Source: Chromera velia
Lineage: Eukaryota
NCBI GenBank assembly: GCA_018398765.1
Contig: JAHBMJ010000048.1
Coordinates: forward strand, 1-58,648
DNA: 58,648 nt
Reading direction: 5' to 3'
Below the pieces are notes generated by a model. That model ran no database searches, was not told the origin of the DNA, and was given only the letters and a program-made list of their open reading frames with translations. The position numbers and the translations under genes were made by a program. Below, piece after piece: positions 16,565 through 28,128 of this stretch; position 1 is the first letter of the stretch, and the number at the start of each line of letters is the position of its first letter.

Positions 16565-17298
16565 GAAGAGGGGATCGAGGGAGGACACAAAAAGAGAGCG
16601 AGCAGCAAAAGAACATGCAGACACAAAGACAAAGTCAGAAGGAGTTCTGATCCCTCTCAAAAAAGCCAGAGAGACTCACTTGCAGACGGCATGCATGCAT
16701 GCATGCATCATGTCAGATCGAACGCTTCCATCCGATGCGATGCGATGATGTGCGCCCCAAAGGACAAAGAATGAATGTGCAGAGAGTGGTAGCAGAAGGG
16801 TAAAGGGTTTGAGGGGGGGACACACACACACACAAGAGAGAGAGAGAGAGAGAGAGACAACAGAAGAGAGGCGCCCAAAGCGGAAGTTTCCTCTTCTTCA
16901 TCGTTTTTCTAAGCCTCTCTCGGATGAGTACAGAACTGGTTCGATTGAACTTTCAGCTCACTCACCTATTGACTGAATTGCTCCGAAAACGACTGACTTC
17001 TAGCTAGATTGGGTGCATGCTCATTTGGATTTGGCCTGAGTGCCTGCCGTCTGTTCTCTGTTCTATCTATCGCCTCAGCGGATTTTTCCTTCAATTGAAG
17101 GAAATGGAGGATTGATCGAAGAGTATGCATCCAGTCAGTAACGATCTGATCGGACTTGAGAAAAGAAATTTGATCGAAATGGGTGGGCTGACAGGTCAAC
17201 TCAGATGGAAAAGAGAGCCAGCAGGATGGTGGAATTTTCGAAAAGCCTCTTGCTCTGTAAGGAGTTCCCTGCAGATTACGTCTCCCCGTCTTTTCAAA

Positions 17299-17332
<34 letters not shown>

Positions 17333-18330
17333 CTTTGTCGATCATTTTCTTCTGACATGCATCAGCTTGCACGCTGTGTTGTGCGTCTGCCTTTGTGCAT
17401 GCACCAATTATGTCTGCCTAATTCATTTTCCCGCATGTCCGTTCTCGTTAAGCTCCACGCATCTTCATGATGCGTTTCGTCTATATTGGTCGACTCGTTT
17501 CTGAGTCAATGGATTCTAGAGGCCAACTAGGAGGCCAATTAATTCAAATAAGTTATATTGCTAGTTATATTGAACAGTACGTGTACTTTCTGTCCCAGAA
17601 GCCTCGGACTCGTCAGAAGTTGACTCAGAACCTAAATTAAAATATCATATAATGATTATTATGATCATATATATGCATAGATGACTCATGATGAATTATG
17701 TATAAGCATGCCAAGAAGCATACGTAGACATGTACTCACTTTTTTGCTTTGCATGAAGAAGCTTGAAAGAGAGCTTTTGAATGCTAAAACAAAACCCAAG
17801 AATTTTAATTAGGGCTAGGAACTAGGCTGGGAAAAGGTTCATTTAGAAAAGGTTCAAATCTGAAAAAGTGAACCTGTTGAACCTGTTTTGAACTTGTTGA
17901 ACCTGGTAAACCTGTTTTGAACCTGTTTCTGAGATCATGCCATGACCATGCCTAGGATCATACCTAAGACTAAGCCTAGGATCACTGGCATATGCACGTA
18001 CGTGCCAGTGGTCACTAAGATAAGCCTAGCCAGGCGGGGGCGCGCTGCCCCTAGCGCCGCCCACGGCTTATAGGAGAAATCGAAAGCCAGAACTGGGTGT
18101 CTAACAAGTTAATTTATACTAAATAACAGCTGTCCCCAGCTGTTTTAATTTATTGATGACTGCGCTTTCTGGTATTCTCTGGCCGGGCTCAGGTAATTAA
18201 TTGGGGTCAAACGAACCGTAGAGGCGCCAACTTAGGGGCCAGGCTAAGCTATGGGTCGGGGGCGCGGCGGGGCTAAAGGCTAGATGAGCTAGTAGATCAG
18301 GTTAGATAAGGGGGCCAAAGGCGGCGCCAC

Positions 18331-18844
18331 CTAGGGCATGCATTCAAAAAAGAAAAAACCAAAAAAGTGAAAAGACTTTTAGTTTTTTTTTTTTTTAGAA
18401 GACAAACGTATAAAACTTTTTTTGAAAGACAATTCATGACCTAATCTATGATAATGTAAAGTCTGCCTATAGCATTCCTATGCAGTGGTATTATAAAATT
18501 GTGAATAACGACCCTAATGATATTTGCTAGGATATTTTATGATTGAGGGTTTTGTTATATAGGCATGCCGCGTGCCCATACATATATAAGGGGCGGATCT
18601 AGCCTAATTAATATGTTCGATTGTCAAACAGCGGGTCTGGTCACTCTAATAATATTTTATATTCAGCCCGAGTTTAGCAAATTCATGTTATAACAGCAAC
18701 AACCCGTGGACTCAAGGAAGCAAAGACGCAGCTATGTCTATGAATGCTAGGTAACTAGCTAGATAAATGTTTATGTCAAGTCATTAAAAAAAAAAAAAAT
18801 CAAAAATTCAAAACCTATTTTTTTTTTTTGAGTGTATGCCCTAG
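18331..18844. mobile_element. Nested MITE (514 bp) with 8-bp TSD
   Basis: TIRs CTAGGGCATGCATTCAAAAAA and reverse complement CTAGGGCATACACTCAAAAAA. Exact TSD GGCGCCAC at 18323-18330 and 18845-18852. Confidence 0.85.
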
Positions 18845-18927
18845 GGCGCCACCGGTTAGGGGGGGCAGACAGAGCCGGCGGGCGGGGCGGACCCGGCCTG
18901 GGCGGGGCAAGCCGGGCACGAAGCTAG

Positions 18928-20351
18928 CAAAGGTGTTTAATCATGGAATATATTTATTCACTAGTTACTCACTTCAAAAGTAATATAATTAGGAATATAT
19001 TCAGGCCCCCCGAGCTACATTTTTGATTTTTTTTTTTTTAATACAGTTTATAACTATACAAAATTGGTTTTGAAAAAGATAAACAGGGGCTATCTAGCTG
19101 TTAGGCACTGTTAATAGGCAGTAGTGTAACAGTTACTATACTAGACTGTGTTAGAGTGTTACTAGAATTTTATAAAATCTTACCATTTATAAACTTCTTA
19201 AACTAGCAAATAACATATCATATGAATATGCGGTTGAAAGTTCATACACGTTTTCATTGCATAAACATGCACACACTACACCAAAACACGCATACACACT
19301 GCAGCACACACTGCATAGCAAAAGGAGGCCTTACTGTATGCACTACGTAAGATGCACTCTTTTTCACTTTCAGCATTCGAATGCGAAACACCAAAACACC
19401 ACAAGCACTGTCGAGCAAAAAATCATCTGGGTACAAACAAGCAGAAAGATGTATACAAAGACATAAATGTAGATATCAATCATGCAAACGCGCATATAAA
19501 TAAGAGAAACATGCACACATCGACGTCAATTGAGATAAGCCACTTAACAAGAAGATCATTCAAGTACATCTTCACTGAAGAAGGAAATGGAACCTCACCC
19601 TCCATGGTGGTGGAGACAATGTGAGGAAGCAGAGTGGCATTATCTCCTATCTTTGCAATTTTCTTTTTAAGCTCATTCTAATGCTGGGTAGCGATTGCTT
19701 TTTTGATTTCTTCTGTCTTCTTTTTGCAGCTTCGAAGGTGAGTCCAAAGATTGGACGTCCCTCTACTGCTTCTGGCTGTCGTCCCGCAGGAATTGCATGT
19801 ATACGATTCTATAGGTTTGCTGAGCGGTGGCTAAACTGCTTTGAAGAAGTCTCGTACATCCATTTGACTCATTTTCAAACTATAGAGTTAATTGTCTGAA
19901 CATATCAGGCCTCAGTCATCTCAAACTGGTATCATGGCTTGCTGTGACTTCAAGTTTGCATCTTACCTTGTGTTTGAAACTCATGCATGAAGACCCAATT
20001 TTTGATGCAACCTGTACAATCGACTATTCGGCTCCGAATGCATGCACCGATGCATGGCTGCGGCCGCTAGTAGGAGCGGTGCATGGGCCGCGCCGGCGCG
20101 TGCATGGCTGGCCTGGGCTGCATGGGCTGGGCCATGCATACAGTGCACTGGATGTGCACAAGCCTCCAGGCTACTCCCAAAACATTTGTTTTTATAACAT
20201 AAAAAAAAAACCACGCACCATTAGAATGACCTAAGGTATTAAAGACTAGTAAGAATCGGACTTTGGCTAATTAATCACTTTATTCAATCACATTCAATCA
20301 CTTCATGGGATAATTAAATATATTCTAATCACAAGTGACTAAACACCTTTG
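18928..20351 (-). mobile_element. Nested internally deleted hAT transposon (1424 bp)
   Basis: TIRs CAAAGGTGTTTAATCA and reverse complement CAAAGGTGTTTAGTCA (15/16). Exact TSD GAAGCTAG at 18920-18927 and 20352-20359. Carries a BED-finger transposase remnant. Confidence 0.9.
19525..19872 (-). pseudogene. hAT transposase N-terminal fragment with BED zinc finger
   Basis: Manual translation MSQMDVRDFFKAV*PPLSKPIESYTCNSCGTTARSSRGTSNLWTHLRSC...H*NEL...LNDLLVKWLISID shows the CxxC...GTSNLxxHLxxC BED pattern. TAG stops at 19831-19833 and 19678-19680; catalytic domain absent. Confidence 0.85.
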
Positions 20352-20714
20352 GAAGCTAGGGCACGAAGGCGAGTTAGGCCAGACCCTAGGCCGGAGCGGT
20401 TAACAACTTGGATCCAGCGTTGAACCTACGTTTTTATTTTAAATTTCATATATCTAGTCATATATGCAATCTTTAAATTACCTTTCACAATCTCTAGTTT
20501 ATATCCAAAAGCACTAAAACTATCAGGAAAACGCTAAAAAAACATGTAAAAACTTAAAATACAGTAATAATGAAAAACGATAGGTTTGTACTAATTTAAA
20601 GTGAACCTGTTTTTGAACCTGTTTTTAAAATTTTGAACCTGATTCAGGTTCATTACTTCGAAGTGAACCTTGAACCTTGAACCTTTTCCTAGCACTAATT
20701 TTAATAGCAAGAAA

Positions 20715-20716
<2 letters not shown>

Positions 20717-20745
<29 letters not shown>
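20717..20745. repeat. (AT)n microsatellite between the hAT end and the PLE 3' end
   Basis: Perfect AT run. Confidence 0.9.
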
Positions 20746-20750
<5 letters not shown>

Positions 20751-20784
20751 CTGTTAGAAGCACTGTTCTATTGCTTATATAAAG

Positions 20785-21080
20785 TAAAGTATAGTTTTTA
20801 GAAGGAGATTAGGCTACAGGTACTTCACTGCGCCATACCTTCTTTCACGGTCTTTGTCTTTGTGACTGTCCGATGCAAAGACGCTTCACTCTGACAGACT
20901 AGCTGAAAGAAGACGTCTGGTTTGGGTCAATCACAATGGTCGTACACACTTCACGCACATGCACTAATTGATTTTTGTGGTTGCATGCGCGTGCGCGCAG
21001 ATTATTTTCACTTACGTGTGCATACGTTTGACCGCGAAAAGAGATACACACGTGACGCCAACAGCTTTGAGTGACGGAGT
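20785..21080 (-). repeat. PLE 3' pseudo-LTR
   Basis: Ungapped match to 24794..25089 with 10 substitutions in 296 bp (manual alignment). Confidence 0.92.
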
Positions 21081-21160
21081 GCATGCTGACACACATGGAG
21101 GAATGAGAAGCTGTTGGCGTCACCGGGCCAACATGGCCTGGCGACACCAACAGCTTCCAA

Positions 21161-24100
21161 TCATGTATGCACCCACCATGCAACAGGCAAAGGAAGACGA
21201 AGCAACATATAGAAGATATCCCTTGTACTGCTCAAGCACACTTCGCGCGAGTATCCAAATCTGCCGAGCTCTTCGATCAGATCTCTCATAGTGTACTCAA
21301 GCAGTTCCCTTGGGCCAACACAATACATCATTGCACGCAGAAAATGACCACGCAACACCCTCCTCTTCAACTTGCTCGAGTGCACACATGCAGCGTGCAT
21401 GTATCTCGGCAAAGGTGCTGCTGGTCTCTTTGGCGTGCAAAATACTCTTCCAGTTCTCTGACAAGCTGTCAAGTGAAACTGGAGAAAATCGTTCTTCTCT
21501 TGTTTCACCAATAGACATGTGGGCGCATAAAAATGAGGCTTCAGGAACATAGAAAAGAGGGGGATTTCTTCCAACGTCAATGCCTTTTGGTGCCGCACGA
21601 GTACAAGCTTATCATCAATCCATCGTGCAATCACCATATCTTTCGTTTGCAAAGACTGAATCCCTCTCTCCCTTGCCCACTTCCTCTCTTTGCAGGCAGC
21701 ATAGAACTGCGTGCCACCCGGAGACACTGGTGCACCCTGAGGTTATCCTTCTTTTTGATGTAAATAGTGTTTGCCAACCCGAATGCAACACGTATCAAAA
21801 TCAAGCTTCAACAGCTTGGGCAAAACTTCTAATGGCAACACAGCCGAATGCACAAACTTGAATAAGGAGGAAAAGAATGGCATCGGACAAACATGAACAG
21901 ATGGAGCAACGAACCGCCCCCCCCGGGGTCTGCTCCGGCGGTGAAACACTCGATCGCAACAGCCACGAGGGAAACAGACAAACCGCGCACGCTTCTGCTC
22001 ATGCACCTCACGAATGCATGCATTCAGCTCATTCAACACCTCAGCACGTGGACAAGAAGGAAAAAACTCCTTAATGTCTTCCACCCGTATTGATACACGC
22101 AGATCGTCTCCCGATCGAGCCCCCGATTGACCAGCCTGCCACGCCATGTATTGATCAGGCGACAGATCTGACGCTGAGGCATTGAACCTGTCAACCGCAG
22201 CAGTGAACTGATCAAAAGAAGTCAGTGTTGCATACGGCGACAAGAAAGAGGTCAAAAGATTCAAAGCCCGACAGACAGCAGAAAGAACCCGCTTCCAAGC
22301 ATGGTGAAAGTACGAGGAGAAGGGTCGGTACTTCATGTCCTTCCAGCTTGCTGGGGGTCTCCCCGTCTCATCCCATGACTTTCTTTTCGGCAGGGCCACA
22401 CCTACCCCCTACTGATGCGTCTTCTTCCCTTTCGGAGGAAACGCTACAGCGACATCACTCAGAAAGGGAGGACGCTGAGGCTGAAACCACTGATCTCTCA
22501 TTCTCGCATTTCCTCTTCTGATAAAGCAACAAAAGCCTTTGACTGCAAAAACAATTTTGAGATACCGTGCCTATACGCATTCGGACACAAGAAGGTCAAA
22601 TCTCCTTTCGATCAATCTCCCAACACGATAAACAACGACTTCTGAAGGTAGCGAACCAACCTGCCTGGTGGTGAAGGGAATGGGGGCAAGAAAGCATCAT
22701 CAGCCCTCATCACCTCCTCCACTGCACCCTCAAACATGCCCCTCCATTCACCCATGCACCCTTCAAGTAATTCATTTCTTGCACAGACGCTCCCCTGACT
22801 GCTGCCCGGCAGGCGCGCAACAATCCTTTTTACTTCTTTAAATTTCTGCATGCCTGCACAAACTCTTGGGCACTGCACAAGAATTAACGGCGACTTGCAG
22901 TTCCACAAGGAAGGCAAACCCAACGCCTCCCTCAACCGAGGGGAAGTCGACAGCAGAGCACACACATGTCATTGACCTTCACAGTACGCCAAATTAAACT
23001 GCCGAATCAACTCCTTGCATGCACAATTATCTTTCCTCAGTGGATCAAACTCTGCATCCTTTTCTGTGGTGGCCAACGATGCTTCCTTCTCATTTGACAA
23101 AAGTCCGAGCAGCGTCGGCGGCCTTGCCGTGCGAACTCTCAAACGAAGGGCAAAAGGCAGAGCAAGCGAAGAGAAAAATTTTGATAAACAGTGACGCACC
23201 GTCCGAAGCACAGGCGCAAATAAGACATTCGGCATCCTGAAGTCAAAGGCAGGAACTGAAAACCAAACTTCAGGCAGACTCCATCCTTTTACTTGACACA
23301 GCGACCTGACATTTCGAATAAACAATCTACGAAAGAATTCTACATCAGCATTCGCGACTTTCTGCCTCACTGCAGCAATCAGATCTCTTCTATCTACCAT
23401 CAACTCTCTCAACAGCTTCTCTGACCTCTTCCTCCTGCCTAACAACACCCGCAGCCAGAGATGGTACGCAAGTGCTCCCACCCCCGATCCCGCCCCCACT
23501 CTATCTGCCTGAACAACAAAGTCTCTCTTTTCCCACCCTTTTGCTGGCACTTTCACAATTATGTCCTGAAGAGACTGAGGACACAGCGGGCGGAACACCC
23601 TCCTCTTCCTTCTCTTCTTCTCCTTCTTCACACTGCAGTCCACACCGCCTGTGCCTCGATCATTTCCAGGATCTTTACCCTGCACCGGTATACAGATCAT
23701 AGATTCATCCTTCCTCCACGGATTGCCTTTCACATTCAGTGGCGGCCTCAACTGCAGTATAGCCAATGCTTCTGTTGCCAACAACAACTTTTTTGACGTC
23801 CAACCATGCTCATCAGCCACCCGGCAGACCGGCAACAACGTCCACAGATGCATCGTCTTCTCATTGAACACTTCATACAGACGAGGCGCAGACTTCGCAT
23901 GTCTGACTCCCCGACGCGTCGATACATACGCAGCATTCACATGCCCTTTATTTCTGATCACTCCTCCCTGCCCAGTGCATCCAATATACGGTCTTTTACG
24001 CATGAATGGACAAAACATCATGTACAACACATTCTTCTCATTCGACCACGCTTGAGTCGGAACTCCAAATGCTTGCAGACGATCACGCACAGACTTGAGA

Positions 24101-24615
24101 TAGAAAACAAACTTGGTCGGGCAAACATCCAACCACCGTTCTGACCACTCAATAAACAAAGAATCAGCCGCATCCAGCAGCAGCCGCTGGACGTGTCGAA
24201 ACCTCCAGAGTGACGCACCTGAAGGGTCACCCCGGGAGTCAGCAAGTTCCAAGTGGCGCTGCACTTTAATCTCCACTTTCCCTCCACCTGCAAACCGAGA
24301 CAGCGGCAATTCCAGCGATAAAGCACAATGACAACGCCACACACACTCAAGACACACAGGGCATATCACCGCCATTCGATCATGGAGAAGCTGCAGCAAG
24401 AATGACCTCAGAGTACCCAGATGGAGGAAGACCAGAGACAACGGGTCCTTCTGTCTCCACTCAAAACAGCATCCCTCTGAGAACGAGTAGTCGGAGAACA
24501 GAAGCACTCCAAGCCTTTGGAGCTCTTCTATCATCCTCCACAGTGCCCGGCTTGTTGCCGGGATCCTTACAGCCCAAGGATCGAGCACATACTCCAGCCT
24601 CGCAGTAGAGCTCAT
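21161..24615 (-). pseudogene. PLE polyprotein: Cys-rich N-terminus, GIY-YIG endonuclease, CxC linker, reverse transcriptase
   Basis: ATG at 24615. Endonuclease NVLYMMFC...PYIGCTG...R...H...E...RPPLN (~23731-24033); CAC at 23017-23025. RT motifs VLGD*SKGDLTFLCP, LPKRK, KYRPFSSY, EDIKEFFPS, G*PQGAPVSP, RWIDDKL. Stops at 22969, 22612, 22409 and 21743 plus a frameshift near 22500-22570. Confidence 0.88.
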
Positions 24616-24793
24616 CCCAGCTCCACAGAACCCGAGCACACAACCCTGCAAAGACAGAACCCGTAGACCAAACCTGAAGTAGCTGAAAGCTGAAAGAAGG
24701 GATCTGAAAGAAGGAATCTGAACAGAAAACCGAACTCAGACTGAATAAACTGCTGCGATGTGATCTTTCCTACAGGAACTCACAACGCTAAAC

Positions 24794-25089
24794 TAAAGTA
24801 TAGTTTTTGGAAGGAGATTAGGCTACAGGTACTTCACTGCGCCATACCTTCTTTCACGGTCTTTGTCTTTGTGACTGTCCGATGCAAAGACGCTTCACTC
24901 TGACAGACTAGCTGAAAGAAGACGTCTGGTTTGAGTCAATCATAATGGTCGTACACACTTCACGCACATGCACTAATTGATTTTTGTGGTTGCACGCGCG
25001 CGCGCGCAGACTATTTTCGCTTACGTGTGCATGCGTTTGACCGCGAAAAGAGACACACACGTGATGCCAACAGCTTTGAGTGACGGAGT
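24794..25089 (-). repeat. PLE 5' pseudo-LTR (partial tandem copy of the element 3' end)
   Basis: Direct repeat of 20785..21080. Confidence 0.92.
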
Positions 25090-25103
25090 ATGTGGCAGCA
25101 TGC

Positions 25104-25600
25104 GTTTTAAGCCTGGTTTTAGACTTAGTCTAGTGTTGTGATAGTAATAAATAAGCATCATTCAACAGCACTCTAAGTATAAACATCAATTTACGAATGT
25201 ATTATATAACTAGTGATCTCTATTATATATATTGGAGTGATCTATTATTTTCTGTGTATATAAGTAGAATATTTAATGTATCTATATATTTTCAATAAAT
25301 ATATTAATTATGATTAAATTATAATCATGAATTAAAATTGAATAATTAAAATAGAAAATTAACTAGCTTATAGTAACTATTACTATTAGTATATTAAAAG
25401 TTCAGTGCCACCTAGTAGTGCTAAAGTGCTACTATGATAAAAATAAATAATTAATTTATCTTTTAAAAATCAAACAACAATTAAAACCATGAAAAATCTT
25501 AGAAAAGTCTTAAACAAACAACTAGTAATATACACATATTATATGATATCAAGCCTAGCATCAAGCTGAGCATGGCAGATTGAGGTAATAAACCGGCATA
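25104..25600. other. Extremely AT-rich block, probably decayed repeat
   Basis: TA-dense sequence flanking the PLE; no ORF. Confidence 0.4.
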
Positions 25601-26136
25601 GAAACTTGAATGAAGACTTTTTTATGCAGCGTGATGATGCATGTGATCCTAGCTTACTCTACTGAGCATATGTGAGCTCGGTTTGTGAAGCTTTTTCTTC
25701 AACAGGACTCTTCTCTGTAGTCTAAAAATGCTCAAAGAGAAATGCTATGAAAAGGAAAGAACTTTGCTCCAAAGTTTCATCCAGATCTTGAAGAATCGGC
25801 AAATGAAAGGAACCAAGGCCTCCAAAGTGCTTGCAAGTTTGTCTTTAGCTGATTGAGATGAGAAAAAGGCAGCATGTATGCGGACTCGAGTGGGAGACGG
25901 GATATAGCAGGGAGCTCAGGGCGATCGAAGTCAGAGAGAGACTGATCATCGAGTTGGACGATGCATGCACGTGAAGTTTGCATTAAGAGTCCGGAAACAC
26001 TGCATGTCATTTTTGAAACGAGTTAGATCTGGCTGTGTCTCCCTTCACTGTGCATGACTGTTCTGCTCTCTCAATCTTCACGTCGAGCATCTCTCTCGGC
26101 AGTTATTTCAGTTGACTCCGGCTTGCCACATGCACT

Positions 26137-26288
26137 CTCTTTCCGTCATCTGTCCTTAATTCTTCTTTTCCTCCCTCTTTCCGTCATCTGTACGTAATTC
26201 TTCTTTTCCTCCCTCTTCCCGTCATCTGTCCTTAATTCTTCTTTTCCTCCCTCTTCCCGTCATCTGTCCTTCATTCTTCTTTTCCTCC
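26137..26288. repeat. Minisatellite, 4 x 38 bp
   Basis: Unit CTCTTTCCGTCATCTGTCCTTAATTCTTCTTTTCCTCC, head-to-tail with a few substitutions. Confidence 0.9.
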
Positions 26289-26300
26289 CCCCGTCTCGCC

Positions 26301-26331
<31 letters not shown>

Positions 26332-27515
26332 GAAGTCTCTCAATAGTCCCTCTCGTAAGAAGCAGAGGCAGACTCTCCGTCTGTGCCCTGTCGAGAGCCA
26401 TCCAGGGCAGCTGCGACAGAGCGTTCCCGAGGCTCCTCGTCCTGTCCATTGTTCTGCCTGCAAACAAAAAAAGAATGTCAGAGTCAGTACCGCTGCATTA
26501 AATGTGCTCCCTGTCAGGCGGATCTCAATTGACCCTTTTCATCCCTGCAACTGGTGTCCGCGCATGCATGAAAGCACACACGGTCCAGCGACAAGAAGCC
26601 TCAAAGAGAAGCACGTGACTGCTCAATTTGTCATCGATGGATCGACAACGCTTTTGCAGTTGTTTTTTCGTCAGTCATCCGAGAACAACCGACAGAAACC
26701 AGAACGCAACGACTCCTCCGTCTGCATGCCGGAAAGGCGGAGAGACTCGACGCCCCCCAAACACCCAAACAGCCGAACCAACCCATGCACAGGGTGCATG
26801 GGCTGGTATCCCGCATGTTTTTGGTATCCTGGCAAAGCATGTTGCAAGCCAACGTCAGCTGTAAACAAGGGGTACCGCAATAGCCCCACGCTTTAAAACA
26901 CTTTCATACAGAAGGACCGCCCTGACCTTAACGTCGCTCTCTGTGTCCACATGGAGGAGCTCCCAGAGGCAAGAAGGTGATCCGTTTCGTCCCCGCTGCA
27001 ATTGCACACAAGAACATTCCAAGCATGCAGGACGCAGCTCAGATAGGCGTTATCATGCAGCAACATATCAAGTGATCAAAGGAACTCTGAGTGTTGCAGC
27101 TCGCACAATGCCTTGCTCTTTTGACAAGAGTGTGGAAAGGTATGCTGCAAAGAAAAACAGAAACGCAGCGATCAGCAAGGACTCCAGCGCAGAAGAACGC
27201 TGCCAGGGAAGTTCGCTCATACAAGTGACTCAGCCACCAAAACCCGCGTACCTTGCGAAGCTGTTGCTGTCAGAACCTAGATTTTGTTGTTGCACGGTGC
27301 AATTGCGGTCGTGGTTTCTGATTCTGATTCTGCAAGGACAATTGATAATCATGCAGGATTTGAGAATTGTCATGGGGACCAGGGCATGAGAGACGATAAG
27401 ACGAGATACAATACACTAGTAAAAAGCTTGACAGAGCATGCAGAAGAATTGTCAAGGCATGACAAAACGCGCGCGCGTGTGTGTAAGTCTCTCTAGTTCT
27501 CTCTCTTTCTCTCTC

Positions 27516-27575
<60 letters not shown>

Positions 27576-28096
27576 TGTGTGCGCTAGGTAGGTGTGTGTG
27601 TGATTCTCTCTCTCTCTCTGTCTCTGTCTCTGTCTCTTTCTCTGTGTGTGCGTGTGTGCGTGTGTGCGTGTGTGCGTTTGTGTGTGTGTGTGTGTGTGTG
27701 TTGTCACTTCCCCATCCACCCACAAGCACCTCGAAAAAGCACACAAAAAACCATCCGACAGGCTCTGACAAATAGATGTGGCAGCACGTTTCTGAAGTGA
27801 ACTCGGAGACACGCAGAATTGCGCAGAGACAGCTAGAGAGAGACTCTGACTGTCTTGTCATTCGACAAAAAGGTTCTCCTTCAAGCCGGGATCGATCATG
27901 TCTTGTAGCTCATCTGACCTGGTTCCAACCGTTCCTGCCGAAGGTGTTGCAGTAGTTGTCAGAGACCCCAGGGTTTCACCGCCAGTCCTGCTGCTGCAAA
28001 GAGTGGAAGCCTCCGAGGGCCTGCAGAAATGGATGCGCCCCCACCAAGGCGGACTTCAATTTGCATGACGTGTGTGTGTATGTGTATGTGTATGTG

Positions 28097-28128
<32 letters not shown>

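Larger units (their letters stand above)
17810..20697. mobile_element. hAT-type DNA transposon derivative (2888 bp including two nested insertions)
   Basis: TIRs TAGGGCTAGGAA and reverse complement TAGTGCTAGGAA (11/12). Exact 8-bp TSD ATTTTAAT at 17802-17809 and 20698-20705. Dense subterminal TGAACC/GGTTCA repeats at both ends. Confidence 0.88.
20785..25089 (-). mobile_element. Penelope-like retroelement with N-terminal GIY-YIG endonuclease (Chlamys/Naiad type), decayed
   Basis: 296-bp direct terminal repeats 4009 bp apart, without TG...CA LTR ends and with no recognisable gag or integrase. One interrupted frame encodes GIY-YIG, CxC, then RT. Confidence 0.85.

Noticed and set aside
20876..20918. 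Hammerhead-like CTGACAGA...GAAA in the pseudo-LTR
   Set aside because: The core deviates from CUGANGA, stems I and III do not form, and it is antisense to the element.
22612..22971. In-frame TGA codons in the PLE as selenocysteine, as in some Naiads
   Set aside because: The same frame also has TAG, TAA and a frameshift, and the TGAs do not sit at obvious Cys positions; decay from CGA is simpler. Intact copies and a SECIS search would settle it.
20785..25089. LTR retrotransposon or DIRS interpretation
   Set aside because: No TG...CA ends and no recognisable gag, protease, RNase H, integrase or tyrosine recombinase; GIY-YIG plus RT indicates a PLE.
26137..26288. CRISPR-like array
   Set aside because: Head-to-tail 38-bp units with no spacers, eukaryotic context and no cas genes.
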